DNA from: Heterodontus francisci
Taxonomy: Eukaryota
Assembly: GCF_036365525.1 (NCBI RefSeq)
Contig: NC_090419.1
Span: 13,020,001 to 13,084,000 of the forward strand
Length of the DNA: 64,000 nt
Direction of reading: 5' to 3'
Below, in pieces: positions 39,301 through 54,349 of this stretch (its first letter is position 1; each line of letters begins with the position of its first letter). The position numbers were made by a program, and so were the translations under genes. The notes beneath the pieces were generated by a model. The model was not told the DNA's origin and ran no database searches. It worked only from the letters and a program-made list of their open reading frames with translations.

Positions 39301-42300
39301 CGTGTGGGGGAATCACAGACACAGACCCACATCCGTCACCGTGTGGGGGAATCACAGACACAGACCCACATCCGTCACCGTGTGGGGGAATCACAGACAC
39401 AGACCCACATCCATCACCGTGTGGGGGAATCACAGACACAGACCCACATCCATCACCGTGTGGGGGAATCACAGACACTGACCCACGTCCCATCACCGTG
39501 TGGGGGAATCACAGACACAGACCCACATCCGTCACCGTGTGGGGGAATCACAGACACTGACCCACATCCATCACCGTGTGGGGGAATCACAGACACAGAC
39601 CCACATCCGTCACCGTGTGGGAGAATCACAGACACTGACCCACGTCCCATCACCGTGTGGGGGAATCACAGACACAGACCTGCATCTCATCACCGTGTGG
39701 GGGAATCACAGACACTGACCCACGTCCATCACCGTGTGGGGGAATCACAGACACAGACCCACATCCATCACCGTGTGGGGGAATCACAGACACAGACCCA
39801 CATCCGTCACCGTGTGGGAGAATCACAGACACAGACCCACATCCGTCACCGTGTGGGGGAATCACAGACACAGACCTGCATCTCATCACCGTGTGGGGGA
39901 ATCACAGACACTGACCCACGTCCATCACCGTGTGGGGGAATCACAGACACAGACCCACATCCATCACCGTGTGGGGGAATCACAGACACAGACCCACATC
40001 CGTCACCGTGTGGGGGAATCACAGACACAGACCCACATCCATCACCGTGTGGGGGAATCACAGACACTGACCCACGTCCATCACCGTGTGGGGGAATCAC
40101 AGACACTGACCCGCTTCCCATCACCGTGTGGGTTAATCACAGACACAGACCCGCGTCCCGTCACCGTGTGGGGGAAATCACAGACACAGACCCGCGTCCC
40201 ATCACCATGTGGGGAATCACAGACACAGACCCGCGTCCCATCACCATGTGGGGAATCACAGACGCAGACCCGCTTCCCATCACCATGTGGGTGAATCACA
40301 GACCCGCTTCCTATCACCGTGTGGGGGAATCACAGACACAGACCCGCTTCCCGTCACCGTGTGGGGAATCACAGACGCAGACTCGCGTCCTGTCACCGTG
40401 TGGGGGAATCACAGACACAGACCCGTGTCCCATCACCGTCTGGGGAATCACAGACACAGACCCGCTTCCCGTCACCGTGTGGGGAATCACAGACGCAGAC
40501 TCGCGTCCCGTCACCGTGTGGGGGAATCACAGACACAGACCCGTGTCCCATCACCGTCTGGGGAATCACAGACACAGACCCGCGTCCCGTCACCATGTGG
40601 GGGAATCACAGACACTGACCCACATCCATCACCATGCTGGGGAATCACAGACACTGACCCACGTCCCATCACTGTGTGGGGGAATCACAGACACAGACCC
40701 ACGTCCCATCACCGTGTGGGGGAATCACAGACACAGACCCACGTCCATCACCGTGTGGGGGAATCACAGACACAGACCCACGTCCCATCACCGTGTGGGG
40801 GAATCACAGACACAGACCCACGTCCCATCACCGTGTGGGGGAATCACAGACACAGACCCACGTCCCATCACCGTGTGGGGGAATCACAGACACAGACCCA
40901 CGTCCCATCACCGTGTGGGGGAATCACAGACACAGACCCACGTCCCATCACCGTGTGGGGGGAATCACAGACACAGACCCACATCCATCACCGTGTGGGG
41001 GAATCACAGACACAGACCCACATCCGTCACCGTGTGGGGGAATCACAGACACAGACCCACATCCGTCACCGTGTGGGGGAATCACAGACACAGACCCACA
41101 TCCATCACCGTGTGGGGGAATCACAGACACAGACCCACATCCATCACCGTGTGGGGGAATCACAGACACTGACCCACGTCCCATCACCGTGTGGGGGAAT
41201 CACAGACACAGACCCACATCCGTCACCGTGTGGGGGAATCACAGACACTGACCCACATCCATCACCGTGTGGGGGAATCACAGACACAGACCCACATCCG
41301 TCACCGTGTGGGAGAATCACAGACACTGACCCACGTCCCATCACCGTGTGGGGGAATCACAGACACAGACCTGCATCTCATCACCGTGTGGGGGAATCAC
41401 AGACACTGACCCACGTCCATCACCGTGTGGGGGAATCACAGACACAGACCCACATCCATCACCGTGTGGGGGAATCACAGACACAGACCCACATCCGTCA
41501 CCGTGTGGGAGAATCACAGACACTGACCCACGTCCCATCACCGTGTGGGGGAATCACAGACACAGACCTGCATCTCATCACCGTGTGGGGGAATCACAGA
41601 CACTGACCCACGTCCATCACCGTGTGGGGGAATCACAGACACAGACCCACATCCATCACCGTGTGGGGGAATCACAGACACAGACCCACATCCGTCACCG
41701 TGTGGGGGAATCACAGACACAGACCCACATCCATCACCGTGTGGGGGAATCACAGACACTGACCCACGTCCATCACCGTGTGGGGGAATCACAGACACAG
41801 ACCCGCATCCCATCACCGTGTGAGGGAATCACAGACACAGACCCACGTCCATCACCATGCGGGGGAATCACAGACACAGACCCACGTCCATCACCATGTG
41901 GGGGAATCACAGACACTGACCCACGTCCCATCACCGTGTGGGGGAATCGCAGACGCAGACCCGCGTCCCATCACCGTGTGGGGGAATCACAGACACAGAC
42001 CCACATCCGTCACCGTGTGGGGGAATCACAGACACAGACCCACGTCCATCACCGTGTGGGGGAATCACAGACACTGACCCAATCCCATCACCGTGTGGGG
42101 GAATCACAGACACTGACCCACGTCCATCACCGTGTGGGGGAATCACAGACATAGACCCGCGTCCCATCACCATGCGGGGGGAATCACAGACACTGACTCA
42201 CGTCCCATCACCGTGTGGGGGAATCGCAGACACAGACCCACGTCCATCACTGTGTGGGGGAATCACAGACACTGACCCACATCCATCACCGTGTGGGGGA

Positions 42301-42690
42301 ATCACAGACACTGACCCGCTTCCCATCACCGTGTGGGTTAATCACAGACACAGACCCGCGTCCCGTCACCGTGTGGGGGAAATCACAGACCCAGACCCGT
42401 GTCCCATCACCGTGTGGGGGAATCACAGACCCAGACCCACGTCCATCACCGTGTGAGGGAATCACAGACCCAGACCCGTGTCCCATCACCGTGTGGGGGA
42501 ATCACAGACCCAGACCCATGTCCATCACCGTGTGAGGGAATCACAGACCCAGACCCGTGTCCCATCACCGTGTGGGGGAATCACAGACCCAGACCCGTGT
42601 CCCATCACCGTGTGGGGGAATCACAGACACAGACCCACGTCCCATCACCGTGTGGGGATCACAAATGGAGACCCACATCCCGTGCAATCT
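30330..42690. repeat. 39/40-bp satellite array (~12.3 kb; CACAGACACAGACCCACGTCCCATCACCGTGTGGGGGAAT)
   Basis: Directly visible periodicity, with variant blocks recurring at kilobase scale. Confidence 0.98.
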
Positions 42691-42974
42691 ACTCCGGATC
42701 CAAACCCCACAGCAAATAATTCCTAGGACGGCAGGAGCACAGGCTTTTGTTTGGAAGACTTGTGTTAACTTTATTGGAAGTGCAAACGTTCACAGAGGGG
42801 TGGAGCGGGTTGCCTGGGGCTTAGCGTGAGCACTCACACGCTGTTTGGCTTCTCTTCCGTCTCCGCCTACAGGAGCCCAGCAGCACCTCCAGTGCCATCT
42901 TCAGAAAGCTCTGTAAGCTACCGTTCCGCGGCCTTTGGCTGCCCTGCCCTCAGGAAGAACAAGAAGAGAGTTAT

Positions 42975-45900
42975 ATAACCACCCGGCTCGACGGAGTACG
43001 AGATGTATAACTACCCGGATAGACAGAGTTTGATCTACATAAATACCCGGATACACGGAGCGTGATATATATAAATACCCGGATACACGGAGTGTGATAT
43101 ATATATATAACCACCCGGATACACGGAGCGTGATATATATATATAACTACCCGGATACACGGAGTGTGATATATATATATAACTACCCGGATACACGGAG
43201 TGTGATATGTATATATAACCACCCGGATACACGGAGCATGATATATATATATAACCACCCGGATACACGGAGTGTGATATATATATATATAACCACCCGG
43301 ATACACGGAGTGTGATATATATATATATAACCACCCGGATACACGGAGCATGATATATATATATAACCACCCGGATACACGGAGTGTGATATATATATAT
43401 AACTACCCGGATACACGGAGTGTGATATATATATATATAACCACCCGGATACACGGAGCATGATATATATATATAACCACCCGGATACACGGAGTGTGAT
43501 ATATATATATATAACCACCCGGATACACGGAGTGTGATATATATATATAACCACCCGGATACACGGAGTGTGATATATATATATATAACCACCCGGATAC
43601 ACGGAGCATGATATATATATATAACCACCCGGATACACGGAGTGTGATATATATATATATATAACCACCCGGATACACGGAGTGTGATATATATATATAT
43701 AACCACCCGGATACACGGAGTGTGATATATATATATATAACTACCCGGATACACGGAGTGTGATATATATATATAACCACCCGGATACACGGAGTGTGAT
43801 ATATATATATAACCACCCGGATACACGGAGTGTGATATATATATATATAACCACCCGGATACACGGAGTGTGATATATATATATAACCACCCGGATACAC
43901 GGAGTGTGATATATATATATAACTACCCGGATACACGGAGCGTGATATATATATATAACTACCCGGATACACGGAGTGTGATATATATATATAACCACCC
44001 GGATACACGGAGCGTGATATATATATATATAACCACCCGGATACACGGAGTGTGATATATATATATAACCACCCGGATACACGGCGTGTGATATATATAT
44101 ATATAAAACCACCCGGATACACGGAGCGTGATATATATATATATAACTACCCGGATACACGGAGTGTGATATATATATATAACCACCCGGATACACGGAG
44201 CGTGATATATATATATAACTACCCGGATACACGGAGCGTGATATATATATATAACTACCCGGATACACGGAGTGTGATATATATATATATAACCACCCGG
44301 ATACACGGAGTGTGATATATATATATAACCACCCGGATACACGGAGCGTGATATATATATATATAACTACCCGGATACACGGAGTGTGATATATATATAT
44401 ATAACTACCCGGATACACGGAGTGTGATATATATATATATAACTACCCGGATACACGGAGTGTGATATATATATATATAACCACCCGGATACACGGAGTG
44501 TGATATATATATATATAACCACCCGGATACACGGAGTGTGATATATATATATAACTACCCGGATACACGGAGTGTGATATATATATATATAACCACCCGG
44601 ATACACGGAGTGTGATATATATATATAACCACCCGGATACACGGAGTGTGATATATATATATATATAACCACCCGGATACACGGAGTGTGATATATATAT
44701 ATAACCACCCGGATACACGGAGTGTGATATATATATATAACTACCCGGATACACGGAGCGTGATATATATATATAACTACCCGGATACACGGAGTGTGAT
44801 ATATATATATAACCACCCGGATACACGGAGCGTGATATATATTTCTATAACTACCCGGATACACGGAGTGTGATATATATATATATAACCACCCGGATAC
44901 ACGGAGCGTGATATATATATATAACTACCCGGATACACGGAGCGTGATATATATATATAACCACCCGGATACACGGAGCGTGATATATATATATAACTAC
45001 CCGGATACACGGAGCGTGATATATATATATAACTACCCGGATACACGGAGCGTGATATATATATATAACTACCCGGATACACGGAGCGTGATATATATAT
45101 ATAACTACCCGGATACACGGAGCGTGATATATATATATAACTACCCGGATACACGGAGCGTGATATATATATATATAACTACCCGGATACACGGAGTGTG
45201 ATATATATATATAACCACCCGGATACACGGAGCGTGATATATATATATAACTACCCGGATACACGGAGCGTGATATATATATATAACCACCCGGATACAC
45301 GGAGTGTGATATATATATATATAACCACCCGGATACACGGAGCGTGATATATATATATATAACCACCCGGATACACGGAGCGTGATATATATATATATAA
45401 CCACCCGGATACACGGAGTGTGATATATATATATATATAACCACCCGGATACACGGAGCGTGATATATATATATATAACCACCCGGATACACGGAGTGTG
45501 ATATATATATATATAACCACCCGGATACACGGAGTGTGATATATATATATATAACCACCCGGATACACGGAGTGTGATATATATATATAACCACCCGGAT
45601 ACACGGAGCGTGATATATATATATAACCACCCGGATACACGGAGCGTGATATATATATATAACCACACGGATACACGGAGTGTGATATATATATATAACC
45701 ACCCGGATACACGGAGTGTGATATATATATATAACCACACGGATACACGGAGTGTGATATATATATATAACCACACGGATACACAGAGTGTGATATATAT
45801 ATATAACCACCCGGATACACGGAGTGTGATATATATATATAACCACCCGGATACACGGAGCGTGATATATATATATATAACCACCCAGATACACGGAGCG

Positions 45901-47364
45901 TGATATATATATATAACCACCCGGATACACGGAGCGTGATATATATATATATAACCACACGGATACACGGAGTGTGATATATATATATATAACCACCCGG
46001 ATACACGGAGTGTGATATATATATATAACCACACGGATACACGGAGCGTGATATATATATATATAACCACACGGATACACGGAGCGTGATATATATATAT
46101 ATAACCACACGGATACACGGAGCGTGATATATATATATATAACCACACGGATACACGGAGCGTGATATATATATATAACCACACGGATACACGGAGCATG
46201 ATATATATATATAACCACACGGATACACGGAGTGTGATATATATATATATATATATATATATAACCACACGGACACACGGAGTGTGATATATATATATAT
46301 ATAACCACACGGATACACGGAGCGTGATATATATATATAACCACACGGATACACGGAGCGTGATATATATATATAACCACACGGACACACGGAGTGTGAT
46401 ATATATATATATAACCNNNNNNNNNNNNNNNNNNNNNNNNNNNNNNNNNNNNNNNNNNNNNNNNNNNNNNNNNNNNNNNNNNNNNNNNNNNNNNNNNNNN
46501 NNNNNNNNNNNNNNNNNNNNNNNNNNNNNNNNNNNNNNNNNNNNNNNNNNNNNNNNNNNNNNNNNNNNNNNNNNNNNNNNNNNNNNNNNNNNNNNNNNNN
46601 NNNNNNNNNNNNNNNNNNTGTGATATATATATATATAACCACACGGATACACGGAGCGTGATATATATATATAACCACACGGATACACGGAGCGTGATAT
46701 ATATATATAACCACCCGGATACACGGAGCGTGATATATATATATAACCACCCGGATACACGGAGCGTGATATATATATATATAACCACCCGGATACACAG
46801 AGTGTGATATATATATATATAACCACCCGGATACACAGAGTGTGATATATATATATAACCACCCGGATACACGGAGTGTGATATATATATATAACCACCT
46901 GGATACACGGAGTGTGATATATATATATAACCACCCGGATACACGGAGTGTGATATATATATATAACCACCCGGATACACGGAGTGTGATATATATATAT
47001 ATAACCACCCGGATACACGGCGTGTGATTATATATAACCAGCCAACTACACGGAGCGTACTATATATAACCACACGGATACACGGAGTATGATATATATA
47101 AACTCCCAGATACAGGGAGCACGAGATGTGTAAATACCCAGATACACAGAGCGTGATATATATATATATATATAACCACCCGACTACACAGAGCATGATA
47201 TATATATATATATAACCACACTGATACACGGAGTATGATATATATATATATATATATAACCACACGGATACACGGAGTGTGATATCTATATATATATATA
47301 TATATATATAACCACACGGATACACGGAGCGTGATATATATATAACCACACGGATACACGGAGT

Positions 47365-47401
<37 letters not shown>

Positions 47402-47542
47402 CCACACGGATACACGGAGTGTGATATATATATATATATATAACCACACGGATACACGGAGCGTGATATCTATATATATATATATAACCACACGGATACA
47501 CGGAGCGTGATATATATATATAACCACACGGATACACGGAGT

Positions 47543-47581
<39 letters not shown>

Positions 47582-49065
47582 CCACACGGATACACGGAGT
47601 GTGATATATATATATAACCACACGGATACACGGAGTGTGATATCTATATATATATAACCACACGGATACACGGAGTGTGAGATATATATATATATAACCA
47701 CACGGATACACGGAGTGTGATATATATATATAACCACACGGATACACGGAGTGTGATATATATATATAACCACACGGATACACGGAGTGTGATATATATT
47801 TATATATATAACCACACGGATACACAGAGCATGATATATATATATATAACCACACGGATACACGGAGTGTGATATATATATATATATATATAACCACACG
47901 GATACACGGAGTGTGATATATATATATATAACCACACGGATACACGGAGTGTGATTATATATAACCAGCCAACTACACGGAGCGTACTATATATAACCAC
48001 GCGGATACACGGAGTATGATATATATAAACTCCCAGATACAGGGAGCACGAGATGTGTAAATACCCAGATACACAGAGCGTGATATATATATATAACCAC
48101 CCGACTACACAGAGCATGATATATATATATATAACCACACGGATACACGGAGTATGATATATATATATATATATATAACCACACGGATACACGGAGTGTG
48201 ATATCTATATATATATAACCACACGGATACACGGAGCGTGATATATATATATAACCACACGGATACACGGAGTGTGATATATATATATATATTATATATA
48301 TATATATATATATAACCACACGGATACACGGAGTGTGATATATATATATATATATAACCACACGGATACACGGAGCGTGATATCTATATATATATATAAC
48401 CACACGGATACACGGAGCGTGATATATATATATAACCACACGGATACACGGAGTGTGATATATATATATATATATATATATAACCACACGGATACACGGA
48501 GTGTGATATATATATATATATATATATATATAACCGCACGGATACACGGAGTGTGATATATATATATAACCACACGGATACACGGAGTGTGATATATATA
48601 TATAACCACACGGATACACGGAGTGTGATATATATATATAACCACACGGATACACGGAGTGTGATATATATATATATATATATATATAACCACACGGATA
48701 CACGGAGTGTGATATATATATATAACCACACGGATACACGGAGTGTGATATATATATATATATATATATATATAACCACACGGATACACGGAGTGTGATA
48801 TATATATATATATATATATAACCACACGGATACACAGAGCATGATATATATATATATAACCACACGGATACACGGAGTGTGATATATATATATATATATA
48901 TATATAACCACACGGATACACGGAGTGTGATATATATATATAAATATAACCACACGGATACACGGAGTGTGATATATATATATATATATAACCACACGGA
49001 TACACGGAGTGTGATATATATATATATATATATATATAACCACACGGATACACGGAGTGTGATAT
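42975..49065. repeat. Compound satellite AACCACCCGGATACACGGAGTGTG(AT)n, ~39-60 bp units; contains gap 46417-46618
   Basis: A constant ~24-bp core alternates with a variable-length (AT)n tract. Confidence 0.97.
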
Positions 49066-51210
49066 GTATAAACTCCCGGATACACAGAGCGTGGGTGTAA
49101 ATACCCAGATACACGGAGCGCGAGATGTATAAACACCCAAATACACAGAGCGCAAGATATATAAATACCTGGATACACGGAGCAGGAGATGTGTAAACAC
49201 CCGGGTCTACGGAGTGAGGGCAATATAAACAGCTGGGTATGCAGAGTGGCAGATATATTAAAACCCAGGTACGCGGAGCGGACAATATATAAACACCAGT
49301 GTAAATGGAGCTGGATATATAAACACCCGGGTACTCAGAGCGGGAGATATATAAACACCCAGGTACTCAGAACGGGAGATATATAAACACCTGGGTACAC
49401 AGAATGGGGGATATATAAACCCCTGGGTGCACGGAGCGGGAGATATATAAACCTCTGGGTGCATGGAGCACAAGATATCTCAACACCCGGGTACACTGAG
49501 CAGGAGATATATAAACACCCGGGTACACTGAGCGGGAGATATATAAACACCCGGGTACACTGAGCGGGAGATATATAAACACCCGGTACACTGAGCGCGA
49601 GATAAATAAACCCCTGGGTACACTGAGCCGGAGATATATAAACACCCGGGTACACGGAGCAGGAGATATATAAACCCCTGGGTGCACGAAGCACAAGATA
49701 TATAAACACCCGGGTACACTGAGCGGGAGATATATAAACACCCAGGTATACTGAGTGGGAGATATATAAACACCCGGGTACACTGAGCAGGAGATATATA
49801 AACACCCGAGTACACAGAGCGGGAGATGTATAAACATTGGGTACACTGAGTGGGAGATATATAAACACCCGGGTACACTGAGCGTGAGATATATAAACCC
49901 CTGGGTACACTGAGCCGGAGACATATAAACACCCGGGTACACTGAGCAGGAGATATATAAACACCCAGATACACAGCGCGAAATATATAAACACCCGGGT
50001 ACGCAGAGCGCAAGATATATAAACACCCGGGTACACTGAGCGGGAGATATATAAACACCCGGGTACACTGAGCGGGAGATATATAAATACCCGGGTACAC
50101 TGAGCACGAGATACATAAGCACCTGGGTACACTGAGCGGGAGATATATAAACGCCCGGGTACACTGAGCAGGATATATATAAACACCGGGGTACACTGAG
50201 CAGGATATATATATATAAATACCCGGGTGCACAGAGCGGGAGATATATAAACACCCGGGTACACTGAGCGGGATATATATAAACACCCGGGTACACTGAG
50301 CGTGAGATACATAAACACCTGGGTACACTGAGCGGGAGATATATAAACACCCGGGTACACTGAGCAGGAGATATATAAACACCCGGGTACACTGAGCGGG
50401 AGATATATAAACGCCCGGGTACACTGAGCAGGAGATATATAAACACCTGGGAACACTGAGCAGGATATATATATAAACACCCGGGTACACAGAGCGGGAG
50501 ATATATAAACACCCGGGTACACTGAACGGTAGATATATAAACACCCGGGTACACTGAGCACGAGATACATAAGCACCTGGGTACACTGAGCGGGAGATAT
50601 ATAAACACCCGGGTACACTGAGCACGAGATACATAAGCACCTGGGTACACTGAGCGGGAGATATATAAACGCCCGGGTACACTGAGCAGGATATATATAA
50701 ACACCGGGGTACACTGAGCAGGATATATATATAAATATCCGGGTGCACAGAGCGGGAGATATATAAACACCCGGGTACACTGAGCGGGATATATATAAAC
50801 ACCCGGGTACACTGAGCGTGAGATACATAAACACCTGGGTACACTGAGCGGGAGATATATAAACACCCGGGTACACTGAGCAGGAGATATATAAACACCT
50901 GGGTACACTGAGCGGGAGATATATAAACGCCCGGGTACACTGAGCAGGAGATATATAAACACCTGGGAACACTGAGCAGGATATATATATATATAAACAC
51001 CCGGGTACACAGAGCAGGAGATATATAAACACCCGGGTACACTGAACGGGAGATATATAAACACCCGGGTACACTGAGCGCGAGATACATAAGCACCTGG
51101 GTACACTGAGCGGGAGATATATAAACACCCGGGTACACAGAGCGAGATATATATAAACACCCGGGTACATGGAACGTGAGATACAAAAACACCTGGATAC
51201 ACTGAGCAGA
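49066..51210. repeat. ~32-bp satellite AAACACCCGGGTACACTGAGCGGGAGATATAT, related to the preceding array
   Basis: Visible periodicity. Its core ACCCGG(G/A)TACAC(T/G)GAGCG is shared with the 42975-49065 array. Confidence 0.95.
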
Positions 51211-51388
51211 TTAAATTTAAGCCCTGTTGCATTTTTTATCTGGTCACCTCCTTGCTTCTTCGCTTCCCCCTTTTGGTCTCCTTTCTTTGGCAGCTCCTTC
51301 AGAACTTGCTGCAAAATTGCAAAGAAAAATATTCCATTACAGAGAGTCTGAGTGAACCCAGAATTATTATAAACCGACCCAGAACCCA

Positions 51389-51503
51389 ACACTGTTCCCG
51401 TCCATCAAACACTCCCAGGACAGGTACAGCACAGGGGTTAGATACCGAGTAAAGCTCCCTCTACACTGTCCCACATCAAACACTCCCTGGACAGGTACAG
51501 CAC
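51389..51503 (+). repeat. ~70-bp tandem repeat, left flank (target) of the Tx1 element
   Basis: CCATCAAACACTCCCAGGACAGGTACAGCACAGGGGTTAGATACCGAGTAAAGCTCCCTCTACACTGTC, ~1.6 units ending in ...ACAGGTACAGCAC. Confidence 0.9.
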
Positions 51504-52277
51504 TGGGATTGGCTGGTCAATTTGGAGCACTTCCTGCCAGCAATCAGGGGGAGCAGCTGCACCTGTGTTGCAGCAATTGCAGAGTGGAGATTGGAGACTG
51601 CAGCAACTGGAGAAAGGTGAATACAGAGTGGAGAGTGGAGACTGCAGCAACTGGAGAAAGTTGAATACAGAGTGGAAACTGCAGCAACTGGAGAGAGAGA
51701 TTGGAGAAAGGTGAATACAGAGTGGAGGGAAACCATCAAGGAAGGCTGCAATTTTTCTGGAGAGGTGGGTGTCAGGGCACCTGAAAGACTATTAAGTTTA
51801 AACTGTTTGGGGGAGGGAGAAGAGGCCTGAAGACTCAGGGGTGGGGCAGCCAAATCCAGTAAGGGCCCCTGTGTTTGTATTGGTGTTTGCACACAGGGAG
51901 CTCCCTCCCCACCCCAACTGCCTGCTCGGGACAGCTGGAGTTGCCCGGGTGAAGACTGTCTTGTTAAAATCAGAAGAGGAGAGTACCGAGCGGCTCCAGC
52001 TGTCCCGGGCGAAGAAGCCTCCCCCAACTGGAAGACAACAAACAAGTTTGGACTAATTGTGATAAAGGTGCTCCAACTGGCAGTTGAAACAAACATCCTT
52101 TTCAGCCTTTCTCTCCCTTCCTCCACTCAGTCGCCTCAATCACCTATCCTCCCCTTTTCCTTTACCATCCTACGCCATCCTCCTCTACTCCCACTCCACC
52201 TTGTTTAAAGTTTGCTTTTTTTAAAAATTGTGTAAATTTGTTTTGTTTCTTGGGGGTGGACGTAGCTCTTAGACCCC

Positions 52278-54317
52278 ATGGCAAGCCCCTCTTCGCCGGT
52301 GGCGGGGCCTTCCCGTTCATATGCTGCTGCGGCTGCTGCAGCTGCACCTGTTGCCCTGTCACCGTTTGCTTTTTTAACAACGAAGCATGGGGTCAAGAGC
52401 TACGTCCACCCGAACATGACTATAGAGGCATGCGTGAAAGCAATGGCCGAGGTTGTCGGCCCTTCGGCCATTGTTGCAGCCTCTAAAATGTACGGGAAGG
52501 CAGTGTTTTTCCTGAAGACCGAGCGGGCGGTGTCCCTGGCTCTGAGCAAGGGGCTCACCGTGGGCGGGACCTTTCTGCCAGTGGACCCCCTGGAGGCCAC
52601 TGCGCAAAGGCTCATTTTATCCAATGTCCCACCCTTCATCCCTGGTGAGCTCCTCCTTCCCCACCTGCACCATCTGGGGGAGGTAAAGACGGGGCTCACC
52701 CCAGTCCCGCTCGGTCTTCGGGAGAACAGCCTCCGACACGTCTACTCCTTCCGCCGCCAGTTATTCATGCAGCTGGCGCGGGAGGAGGTGACAGAGGGCC
52801 ACTTCAATGTCGAATTCCAGGGGACGGCCTACCGCGTCTTCTGGACCTTGGACGGGGTGCGGTGCCATGTCTGTAAGGGGGTGGGGCATGTTCGTAAGAA
52901 CTGCCCCAACCTCCCGGCTGCCAACTCCAACTCAGCGGCCCAGGGTGGCGACGCTGCACCTCCTCCCACCCCCACTACACCACCACCAGATACCATTCAG
53001 TCGGTACCGGAGGCTGTGGTTTTCACGGCCTCCGGCAGGGAGGGGGGTGACCGTCCAAGTGGAAGGAAGGCGCGGAGGAGAAATAAACATCGAGAGGCGC
53101 GTCCCCTGGATATCGTGACACTACCCGAGCCTGAGCTCAGCCCAAGGCCCGATCTCGGGAAGTCAACTTGCCCCAGGGCTGGGCTCAGGCCCAGGGTGAA
53201 TAAAAAAAAGGAGAGTGTGGAGGTGGAGGCCTCTGATGATATGGAGGTCTCTGAGCCTCCGCACACAACTGGGAAAAAGAGGAGAAGGCACCCCTCCACA
53301 GAGGTAACAAGGGGCCCTGAGGCGCAGGGCCCATCTGTTGGAGGGGAGCTGTCTCCTGTTTCGGGTCCCCAGGTTTCCCCTACCGCCACCACCAAGGCTG
53401 CAAAGTCCGGGCAGGTGCTCCCAATTCCTCAGGATGGAGGGAAGGGGATGGCCCCGGTACATGAGGCCCCTACTGAAGGAGTAAGTGGGGCCCTGCTTGT
53501 GGTGGGGGAGCCTGGGGAAGCCGCCCATTCTGCCACTGCTACTGGGTCGGGTGTCCTGAATGAAGGGGAGGGCGAGGCCCCAGAGGGTCGGGCCTCCCAG
53601 CCGGAGTCCACCACCAACCAGGAGACACCCGACCCAGTTATAACTGAGAATGCTGCCCCACCTGCTGGGCCTGTGGGTGCTGGCGGAGCGGGAGATAGCC
53701 TCCTCCCTCCGCCTCCAATCTCGGCTCCGGCTGGTTTCCCGGAGTCGGGAACTTCTGTCTCCCCTGGACCACTCATTGCCCTGGGGACGGAGGTGGAGGG
53801 GGGTCCTGAGCCGCTGGTGCCTACAGGCTCCAGTTTCACAATAGAACCCAGAGAGGACTCCTCCGCCATCGATCCTGGGGGTGGGATCGTGACGGAGGCG
53901 GGACCAGCTGGCGCGGCCGGGACGTCCGCCCCACAGTGTGTGGTGGATGTGTTGGCCGCTGGCGGTGACGACCCGGAGGAGGATGGGGATTCGGTGCGGG
54001 GCACGGAGGATGATCTTGATTCCATCGCCAGTGAGGTGGTGGAGTCCCTCGTGCCTCCCACCGAATCTCCTCTCATCCCCACGGCGGAACTCCGGGATTT
54101 CCTCGCGGCTTGCAGGGGTTGCCGCAATAAAGTTCAGCTGGCCCTCGACCGTTGATCGAATCTGGCGCTGATCATCCAGTCCGTCCGTGCCGCCCTTAAG
54201 ATAGCGGGCAAGCGCGCGGACGTGAAACTGGTTGAGAGGCGCCGTTTTAATGTGTTCCTCAATGGGTTGCTGGGGGAGTGGAGGGCCAGGTGCACTTCCA
54301 CTCCCTCCTCACAGTGA
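52278..54317 (+). CDS. Tx1 ORF1 gag-like protein (in-frame TGA at 54153-54155; frame continues 53 aa to TGA 54315-54317)
   Basis: IEACVKAMAEVVGPSAIVAASKMYGKAVFFL, RLILSNVPPFI, HVYSFRRQLFM and CHVCKGVGHVRKNC are typical Tx1 ORF1 motifs. Confidence 0.88.
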
Positions 54318-54349
54318 GGTGTTGGTGACGGGTTTTAAGTACCTTTGAC

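Noticed and set aside
30188-42829. Long His/Arg-rich ORFs and a CRISPR-like hairpin repeat
   Set aside because: Pure tandem satellite with no unique spacers and no cas genes, in a eukaryotic context.
42971-51392. YIYI-rich ORFs up to 868 aa
   Set aside because: Artefacts of (AT)n-containing satellites; some run through an N-gap.
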